From the IMG/VR virus record IMGVR_UViG_3300042507_002066: a stretch of 20,000 nt of DNA; one strand, 5' to 3'. Each line of letters opens with the position of its first letter. Position 1 is the stretch's first letter. The notes beneath the pieces were generated by a model, which worked only from the letters and a program-made list of their open reading frames with translations, did not search any database and had not been told where the DNA came from. The translations under genes were made by a program, and so were the position numbers. Below, piece by piece: positions 7,652-12,895 of this stretch. The DNA comes from an uncultured virus (IMG/VR IMGVR_UViG_3300042507_002066) (Duplodnaviria > Heunggongvirae > Uroviricota > Caudoviricetes).

Positions 7652-7726
7652 TGGCACCGGTGGTAGGAATCGAACCCACTGCGCGAGGTTTTGGAGACCT
7701 CCGCTCTACCATTGAGCTACACCGAT
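7652..7726 (-). tRNA. tRNA-Trp(CCA)
   Basis: GAGGT-CT-CCA-AA-ACCTC; G73 CCA. Confidence 0.93.
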
Positions 7727-7734
7727 ATAAATTT

Positions 7735-7810
7735 TGGCTCCCTGACCAGGGCTCGAACCTGGGACATTCTGATTAACAGTCAGACGCTCTACCAACTGAG
7801 CTATCAGGAA
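7735..7810 (-). tRNA. tRNA-Asn(GUU)
   Basis: TCTGA-CT-GTT-AA-TCAGA; G73 CCA. Confidence 0.93.
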
Positions 7811-7815
7811 ACTAT

Positions 7816-7905
7816 CTCTGTTTTCCGCTATACCCCAGCGCATTGCGTGTTTCAGTAAAGTTTGGGTGGCCGACCCTCATTTACGGGATATAGCGGGAAA
7901 CAGAG
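7816..7905 (-). ncRNA. long-stem RNA candidate
   Basis: 21-position stem CTCTGTTTCCCGCTATATCCC/GGGGTATAGCGGAAAACAGAG (one C-A mismatch) enclosing two small hairpins. Confidence 0.55.
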
Positions 7906-7920
7906 CACTCGTTACAATAC

Positions 7921-7928
7921 TATTTATA
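7921..7928 (-). promoter_or_regulatory. T4-type late promoter TATAAATA
   Basis: Exact consensus overlapping the stop of 7924..8322. Confidence 0.65.
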
Positions 7929-8322
7929 CAACTTCAGCACGAAAGAAGTTGATCGCGTTGTCAAACATTGCTGCCATGCGATAAGGCAGACCCTTAAGGA
8001 AGCAGATGTAGCTGCCACCGTACATCATGTCGATATCGCTAAGCTCCAAACCTTGGACGATCCAACGAACTGCGTCTTCACGCGAACGAGCACCAACATC
8101 AAGAGCGTTTGCAATCTCAAGCTCGAAAGCATTGATCGCAGCGATCTGTTCTTGAGCTTCCCGCTCACGCGCTTGCTCAAGTTCTACAAGCAGGTTATCC
8201 CACATGGCTTGACGAGTGTCGTCGCCGCACTGAGTCCACTCTTCCCAGAAGTATGCATCTGGGCGATAGCCGTAAGCATCCTTGTGGAGGTCGGAGACGA
8301 TCGTTTCATCGAAGGTATACAT
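7924..8322 (-). CDS. hypothetical early protein, 132 aa
   Basis: SDLHKDAYGYRP motif; GAGG SD; own promoter. Confidence 0.85.
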   Translation of the reverse strand: MYTFDETIVSDLHKDAYGYRPDAYFWEEWTQCGDDTRQAMWDNLLVELEQAREREAQEQIAAINAFELEIANALDVGARSREDAVRWIVQGLELSDIDMMYGGSYICFLKGLPYRMAAMFDNAINFFRAEVV

Positions 8323-8348
8323 GATCAGTTCCTCTTCTGTATATTCTC

Positions 8349-8377
8349 AATCTACACTGATTCGACAGAAATGTCAA
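8349..8377 (-). promoter_or_regulatory. phage early promoter
   Basis: TTGACA-TTTCTGTCGAATCAGTG-TAGATT (17-nt spacer). Confidence 0.75.
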
Positions 8378-8380
8378 CTA

Positions 8381-8581
8381 TTATTTGTTAGCGAGGTAGT
8401 AACGAACCAACATCATATCAGTTTCATCGAGCGGTTTACCTGCCCAGTTTGCACCTTGGACGGCGACCTTTTCCGAAACGCGAGCGAGGTTGTTTGCAAT
8501 CACGTCGTTCTTGTGAGTGCGAGCCATCTCGGACATACCGTAGGCAATCTCAGCAAGTTTGGAGCTAGCGATATTCATCAA
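8381..8581 (-). CDS. hypothetical early protein, about 66 aa
   Basis: ORF track; AAGGA SD; own promoter. Confidence 0.75.
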   Translation of the reverse strand: MMNIASSKLAEIAYGMSEMARTHKNDVIANNLARVSEKVAVQGANWAGKPLDETDMMLVRYYLANK

Positions 8582-8607
8582 GGTTTCCTTTCGTTCCTTA
8601 CATTATT

Positions 8608-8636
8608 AGAATACACTGATTCGACATGAATGTCAA
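8608..8636 (-). promoter_or_regulatory. phage early promoter
   Basis: TTGACA-TTCATGTCGAATCAGTG-TATTCT. Confidence 0.75.
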
Positions 8637-8639
8637 TAG

Positions 8640-8804
8640 TTATTTGTATGTACCATTTTTAATTTGGGCATACACATAACGTGCATCAGCATCGAAATCT
8701 TCCCTAGTGCATTCGCTCAGGTCAAGATCCATCCAAGCAAACACTTTAGTCGCGACTTCTTTATCAACTTGAAGAAGCTCCATGATATCACGAATGTAAA
8801 GCAT
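8640..8804 (-). CDS. hypothetical early protein, 54 aa (not in ORF track)
   Basis: MLYIRDIMELLQVDKEVATKVFAWMDLDLSECTREDFDADARYVYAQIKNGTYK; AAGGA SD; own promoter. Confidence 0.75.
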   Translation of the reverse strand: MLYIRDIMELLQVDKEVATKVFAWMDLDLSECTREDFDADARYVYAQIKNGTYK

Positions 8805-8835
8805 AACGTTGTTTCCTTTCGTTACTTACATTATC

Positions 8836-8864
8836 AATATAAACTGATTCTATGTGAATGTCAA
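8836..8864 (-). promoter_or_regulatory. phage early promoter
   Basis: TTGACA-TTCACATAGAATCAGTT-TATATT. Confidence 0.75.
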
Positions 8865-8876
8865 CCATTATTTTTT

Positions 8877-8965
8877 TGGCGGGTGGCACAGAAATCGAAT
8901 CTGACAGACTTGCGCCTGCGCATCGCTTTCCAGGCGAGCCCTAGTCCCAACTAGGATTACCACCC
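8877..8965 (-). tRNA. tRNA-Ser(GGA) with 8/4 fold
   Basis: 8-bp acceptor GGGTGGTA/TGCCACCC; 4-bp T-stem CAGA/TCTG; extended D-stem; long variable arm; G73 CCA. Confidence 0.85.
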
Positions 8966-8969
8966 GTAT

Positions 8970-9057
8970 TGGCGGACCGTCTGGGAGTCGAACCCAGTGA
9001 ACGATTGCTCGTTCTACAGATTAGCAATCTGCTGCATTACCGTCCTGCCCACGATCC
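8970..9057 (-). tRNA. tRNA-Ser(GCU)
   Basis: GCAGA-TT-GCT-AA-TCTGT; long variable arm; G73 CCA. Confidence 0.92.
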
Positions 9058-9058
9058 A

Positions 9059-9292
9059 TTAGTCTTCATCAGTTGCTTTATAAAAGTCTTCCATCTTCTT
9101 TTCTTGAAGAGTCTTTTGATCCCACCACTTGCGTGGATTACCACATAAGTAGCAGGAACACAGATGCGGTGTATGAGAATAGACTCCAACATCAGCATCG
9201 GTTAGATCACGAGCTCGATGTTTTGAGAAAAACTTTCGAACCCACTGCTTCTTCTTAAGTTCTTGAAATCGTCGAAAAGCTCTATCGCGCAT
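9059..9292 (-). CDS. small basic protein with CSCxxCGNPRK motif
   Basis: AGGAG SD; HLCSCYLCGNPRK suggests Zn binding. Confidence 0.8.
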   Translation of the reverse strand: MRDRAFRRFQELKKKQWVRKFFSKHRARDLTDADVGVYSHTPHLCSCYLCGNPRKWWDQKTLQEKKMEDFYKATDED

Positions 9293-9312
9293 TGTGCTCT
9301 CCTATACTATAT

Positions 9313-9508
9313 AACAGAATGTTTGGGGAAAGCTAAGATTGCTCTTAGCGGCACCTTGCCATACTCCCCATCAAAGATACACTGTTTGGATTCAAACCTT
9401 GTTCTAGTCTTGTCGATCTGCGCTTCTCACAGTGCTGACAGTGTATCCATGGTGGGGAGTACTGGAATCGAACCAGTAGTTTTGTTTTGTTGCTGTAAAC
9501 ATTCTAAA
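9313..9508 (-). ncRNA. circularly permuted tRNA-like RNA (repeat copy C)
   Basis: T-arm + ACTCCCC-A-CCA precedes GGGGAGT + D-like arm; enclosed by AGAATGTTT/AAACATTCT. Confidence 0.75.
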
Positions 9509-9511
9509 TTT

Positions 9512-9588
9512 TGGTGCCCATGGAGGGACTCGAACCCCCAACATACGCGTTCTAAGCGCGCCGACTCTACCAATTGGCCTACATGGGC
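9512..9588 (-). tRNA. tRNA-Leu(UAG), short variable loop
   Basis: GCCCATG/CATGGGC; GCGCG-CT-TAG-AA-CGCGT; A73 CCA. Confidence 0.88.
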
Positions 9589-9595
9589 ATGTAGT

Positions 9596-9670
9596 TGGTG
9601 CGGAATGAGAGGGTCGAACTCCCGACAACCTCGGTGTAAACGAGGGGCTCTACCACTGAGCTAATTCCGC
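9596..9670 (-). tRNA. tRNA-Val(UAC)
   Basis: CCTCG-TT-TAC-AC-CGAGG; CCA. Confidence 0.93.
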
Positions 9671-9679
9671 ATTATTGAA

Positions 9680-9767
9680 TACGATGGAATAGTGAGCGAC
9701 GGTAGCGACCCGTACCTCTTTCTAGTTTATGTGTTAAGACAACCAAGACTCTAACACAACCATCGTA
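9680..9767 (-). ncRNA. candidate inter-tRNA structured RNA
   Basis: TACGATGG/CCATCGTA closing stem; TGTGTTA/TAACACA; ACGG-GTCGCTA-CCGT T-loop-like hairpin. Confidence 0.55.
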
Positions 9768-9770
9768 AGT

Positions 9771-9844
9771 TGGCGACCTATGAGGGACTTGAACCCTCTT
9801 TATCCGGTGGACAGCCGAATGTAATACCCATATACGAATAGGCC
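9771..9844 (-). tRNA. tRNA-Asp(GUC)
   Basis: TTCGG-CT-GTC-CA-CCGGA; G73 CCA. Confidence 0.9.
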
Positions 9845-9851
9845 AATTCTA

Positions 9852-9935
9852 TTACCAGCGATTTGATCCTGGTCCATCTGAAATCCAGAGAATTGCAACT
9901 ATAACCACTGCCATAAAGATAAGAAATGCAGCCAT
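9852..9935 (-). CDS. 27-aa single-TM peptide (not in ORF track)
   Basis: GGAG SD; MAAFLIFMAVVIVAILWISDGPGSNRW. Confidence 0.6.
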   Translation of the reverse strand: MAAFLIFMAVVIVAILWISDGPGSNRW

Positions 9936-9954
9936 TAGATGTTCTCCGTTATAT

Positions 9955-10030
9955 TGGTGGACCCTAGGAGGATCGAACTCCTGACCTCCTGCTTGCAAGG
10001 CAGGCGCTCTCCCAGCTGAGCTAAGAGCCC
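9955..10030 (-). tRNA. tRNA-Ala(UGC)
   Basis: G3:U70; CCTGC-CT-TGC-AA-GCAGG; CCA. Confidence 0.95.
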
Positions 10031-10036
10031 AAATTA

Positions 10037-10106
10037 AACAGGATCGTTTTGTCCGCTAAGACTATCATAACATTTTAGCGTTTTGGTTTGCTGAACCGAT
10101 CCTAAA
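10037..10106 (-). repeat. inter-tRNA ncRNA repeat, copy B
   Basis: Near-identical to 7496..7565 apart from the hairpin loop. Confidence 0.8.
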
Positions 10107-10109
10107 TCA

Positions 10110-10197
10110 TGGCGGAAGCGGTGAGATTCGAACTCACGGAACGTTTCCGTTCGGCAGTTTTCAAGACTGCAGGCATAAACCTCTCGCCCACGCTTCC
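10110..10197 (-). tRNA. tRNA-Ser(UGA)
   Basis: GCAGT-CT-TGA-AA-ACTGC; long variable arm; G73 CCA. Confidence 0.93.
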
Positions 10198-10198
10198 T

Positions 10199-10864
10199 TT
10201 ATTTTTGCGCTTCTGTATTTCTATATACAAACAGACCTTTGTCTATCGTATAGTTATGTTGTCTGATACCACCAAAAGTCCACAGTTCTCTTTCTTGTTC
10301 GATACTCTGTAAGTTGTTTGGTGGTTCAATTCTAGCTGTTTTCTTAATCGAAGAAATGTTTGAATTCTCTCCGTTTGATGCTTTAATATTAAATTGAACG
10401 CTTTCGATTTGAAAAAGTTTATTGCGAATTACGTTCATCATACTATCAATATATGATATTCTCTTTGTGTCGTGAAACATCATCTCTCCGCCGTTCTTTA
10501 ACAGATACCATGTCTTACGCGCAAAGTCTTCTCTAAATGTTTTCTCACCATCAACAAATATGAGATCAAAGCTTTCTTCTCTAATTTCTTTATTCATGAA
10601 ATCTTTATACCGATAGAACTCATAATTATTAGACTTATGTTCAATAAGATCTAATCTATTCTGTAGTTCTTCAATCCATTGCTGTCGAGTCTCAACGCAA
10701 GTAACTGATGCGTTAGAATCAATACTCTGAAGAAATATCATTGTCGAGCCACCAGGGCCAAATTCTAATATCTTTAGAGCAGTCTTTGACTTCTGAGCTA
10801 GTACGTCTGCGTCTTCAAGACTAAGAGCGCCAACCCATTGCATATTTTGAATATGAGTTAACAT
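10199..10864 (-). CDS. class I SAM-dependent methyltransferase (Methyltransf_24-like)
   Basis: ILEFGPGGST, DLIFVDG, MFHD; start reassigned to MLTHIQ because the longer ORF overlaps two tRNAs. Confidence 0.8.
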   Translation of the reverse strand: MLTHIQNMQWVGALSLEDADVLAQKSKTALKILEFGPGGSTMIFLQSIDSNASVTCVETRQQWIEELQNRLDLIEHKSNNYEFYRYKDFMNKEIREESFDLIFVDGEKTFREDFARKTWYLLKNGGEMMFHDTKRISYIDSMMNVIRNKLFQIESVQFNIKASNGENSNISSIKKTARIEPPNNLQSIEQERELWTFGGIRQHNYTIDKGLFVYRNTEAQK

Positions 10865-10887
10865 AGGAAACCTTTCAATAGAAAGTA

Positions 10888-10963
<76 letters not shown>

Positions 10964-11049
10964 AATGTTTTTGGCTCTAGCACCTCCTCGTGCCGACTTA
11001 GCTGCCCTATCCCAGCAGTACCGATTATAATAAGACCAAGAAATAATTT

Positions 11050-11126
11050 TGGTAGGCCCGCACGGACTCGAACCGCGATCAGCAATCTTATGAGGATTGT
11101 GACTTAACCAATTAGTCGACAAGCCC
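11050..11126 (-). tRNA. tRNA-Ile2(CAU), probably lysidine-modified (elongator Met not excluded)
   Basis: GGGCTTG/CGGGCCT acceptor resembles Ile2; CAATC-CT-CAT-AA-GATTG. Confidence 0.8.
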
Positions 11127-11133
11127 ACTAAAA

Positions 11134-11697
11134 TTATTTCTTTCTATTTCTTGCGCTTTCAGTCATTTTCTTTTTTGTTTCTTCTGAAAATGTTTGTCTT
11201 GCCCGCGCTTCTTTTATCTTATTTTTTGTTTCTTCTGAAAGTTTTCTTCCACTCATTGTTTTTGATATTTTATCTTTTTGATTTGATGATATTGTTTGAC
11301 CTTTGTTCCAAGCAGCGTTATCTTTATAGTGTTCTTTAAGACCTTCACTTATTTTTTTACGATGATCTACAGAGCTACTTATTTCTTTCATGTAAGAGCC
11401 GTGCTTTTTCCCTTTGAAATGAGGTCCTCCTTCTCCGCCAATTCCGGCGTTGTAAGTATCTTTTCTGGATACAAACTCTTCTGTTATCAACTCTTTCTCT
11501 TTTGTATTCATTTCTTCTTCAGTATCGAAGACAAATAGTATCTCTTTAGTAAAGTTCTCTTTACCATATTTCTTCATGGCAGACCTTATGAACTTTCCAG
11601 AGCCATAATATCTATCATTGAGATTGGTAGTTTGATGCTTTCCTATGTATATTTTTCCGTTAAGCTCATTAGTTATTTGGTATATTGTGTAAAGCAT
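11134..11697 (-). mobile_element. free-standing GIY-YIG (Seg-like) homing endonuclease with NUMOD3-like repeats
   Basis: TIYQITNELNGKIYIGKH, YYGSG, YN motifs; SEETKNKI / SEETKKKM repeats; AAGGAG SD. Confidence 0.9.
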
Positions 11698-11714
11698 TAT
11701 AATCTCCTTTTGTC

Positions 11715-11722
11715 TATTTATA
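11715..11722 (-). promoter_or_regulatory. T4-type late promoter for the endonuclease
   Basis: TATAAATA just upstream of the SD. Confidence 0.75.
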
Positions 11723-11738
11723 CAAAAAGATATTTCAT

Positions 11739-11772
11739 AGCGGGCAACTCTAACCAATTGAGCTAATCCCCC
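11739..11772 (-). pseudogene. 5' half of a tRNA gene truncated in the anticodon loop
   Basis: GGGGGAT-TA-GCTC-AATTGGTTA-GAGT-T-GCCCG-CT, followed by the endonuclease promoter region. Confidence 0.75.
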
Positions 11773-11779
11773 GATTTGT

Positions 11780-11867
11780 TTTAGACTGGGCTGTTTGCAG
11801 CTTTGACCTGCCGGCGATGACGGATCAGGGACACCTTCACAAGAGGTGATTAATTCTACAGTCTAAA
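11780..11867 (-). ncRNA. candidate four-way-junction RNA
   Basis: TTTAGACTG/CAGTCTAAA closing stem with CACCT/AGGTG, CCTG/CAGG and GCTG/CAGC arms. Confidence 0.5.
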
Positions 11868-11869
11868 CT

Positions 11870-11947
11870 TGGTTGCGGTGGGTAGGAATCGAACCTACGT
11901 CTTCGGCTTATGAGACCGTGCTGGAACCACCTCCAGTCTACCCCGCA
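11870..11947 (-). tRNA. tRNA-Met(CAU), initiator-like, atypical
   Basis: TGCGGGG..CCACCGCA-A-CCA (bulged A); CT-CAT-AA; CTGGA/TCCAG D-stem. Confidence 0.8.
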
Positions 11948-11951
11948 AAAC

Positions 11952-12100
11952 TTCTGTTTTCAACTATGACTGTGAAAGCTTCGAACTTTCGAGCGCTCAG
12001 GGGCACGCTGGCCCTTTTGGCATTGTAAATCACGGTCAGCCAGACCACCTATGGATTCGAACCATAGTACTCCCATTTACAGTCATATGTGAAAACAGAA
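11952..12100 (-). ncRNA. long-stem RNA containing a T-arm
   Basis: TTCTGTTTTCA..TATGACTGT / ACAGTCATA..TGAAAACAGAA enclosing CTATGG-TTCGAAT-CCATAG. Confidence 0.6.
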
Positions 12101-12159
12101 TTTCTTCTGTTTCCTTTTCTAAATTGTCAAAGAGCTAGTTAGTTTCTTCTTATATTGTT

Positions 12160-12188
12160 AGTATAATCTGATTCTAACGTTTTGTCAA
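12160..12188 (-). promoter_or_regulatory. phage early promoter heading the tRNA array
   Basis: TTGACA-AAACGTTAGAATCAGAT-TATACT. Confidence 0.75.
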
Positions 12189-12193
12189 CCATT

Positions 12194-12224
12194 AAATGAA
12201 GAAACCCAGGATTTTCATCCTGGG
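12194..12224 (-). terminator. intrinsic terminator of a putative attenuator
   Basis: CCCAGGAT-GAAA-ATCCTGGG then TTTCTTCATTT. Confidence 0.75.
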
Positions 12225-12269
12225 CTACTTTGAGATAGATTTGATCTTGTATCTATGTCAAAGTAGCCC
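12222..12269 (-). promoter_or_regulatory. putative antiterminator hairpin
   Basis: GGGCTACTTTGA-C-ATAGAT / ATCTAT-C-TCAAAGTAGCCC; shares CCC with the terminator stem. Confidence 0.7.
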
Positions 12270-12338
12270 GTCTCCATCAGTCCATACGCCTGGGAGATTT
12301 ATCGCCTGTCTTGATATGCTCGAATGTGTAGAAAGCAT
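12258..12338 (-). CDS. 26-aa leader peptide MLSTHSSISRQAINLPGVWTDGDGLL
   Basis: Follows TATAAATA and a weak GAGAAG SD; stop lies inside the antiterminator 5' arm. Confidence 0.65.
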   Translation of the reverse strand: MLSTHSSISRQAINLPGVWTDGDGLL

Positions 12339-12365
12339 GTTTCTTCTCTGTTGGTTATACAATAG

Positions 12366-12373
12366 TATTTATA
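12366..12373 (-). promoter_or_regulatory. T4-type late promoter TATAAATA
   Basis: Exact consensus 27 nt upstream of the leader ATG. Confidence 0.7.
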
Positions 12374-12415
12374 TCATTTGTATGAGATGTCAATGGTCGC
12401 AGACATTTTTTACAA

Positions 12416-12880
12416 TTATTTTTTCATTTTACTCGAATCATACGTGATAGCATGAACTGGTGTTGTTTTTGATCCGTGATGGGTGTTCATTGTGAGTCGA
12501 GTGTTTCCAGCTAAAAGATGCGTATGGCCGGTATGAGTATCATGAAGAACTATCGGCTTAGTCATTGGCTTTCCACTCTTCATCTGTTTTGTGACACGTT
12601 CTCTTTTGTCTTGTCTAAACGTGTCACGCGTTGGTTTGTATCCAGCGTCTGTGTTAGAGATCTTTTTAGCAGACGAAGGAGTCACAACCATGTGTTTCCC
12701 ACTCTTCATTGCAGAGTGGTAGTTGTCTTTATCTTTCAAATGTTGCAACATTTTATGAACGTGGTCTGGATATTCGCCATGAGGAACTTCAGACTGGACG
12801 TGAACTTCGTCGTGTTCATCAGTATGATGCGGCTTCACCCACTTAGATTGTTCTAACAAAAAATTTTTAAAAGACTGCAT
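12416..12880 (-). CDS. His-rich protein with ParB/Srx-like motif and probable capsid-targeting N-terminus
   Basis: MQSFKNFLLE; KPIVL...HLLAGNTRL. Confidence 0.7.
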   Translation of the reverse strand: MQSFKNFLLEQSKWVKPHHTDEHDEVHVQSEVPHGEYPDHVHKMLQHLKDKDNYHSAMKSGKHMVVTPSSAKKISNTDAGYKPTRDTFRQDKRERVTKQMKSGKPMTKPIVLHDTHTGHTHLLAGNTRLTMNTHHGSKTTPVHAITYDSSKMKK

Positions 12881-12895
12881 GTATAAATCTCCTCT

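Noticed and set aside
8877..8965. tRNA-Sec
   Set aside because: The anticodon is GGA, not UCA, and the branch is 8/4 rather than 8/5.
9313..9508. Two-piece tmRNA
   Set aside because: No G3:U70 pair, no tag reading frame or pseudoknots; far too short.
7496..10106. CRISPR array or terminal repeats of a mobile element
   Set aside because: Only dispersed copies with no regular spacers, no cas or integrase genes, and a third structurally related copy lies between them.
11134..11772. Group I intron in a tRNA anticodon loop
   Set aside because: The break after U33 is suggestive, but there is no room for a ribozyme core and no 3' exon follows the ORF.
12196..12447. 83-aa plus-strand ORF and the many short ORFs overlapping tRNA genes
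   Set aside because: They overlap or are antisense to better supported RNA or regulatory features, and none shows a recognisable protein motif.
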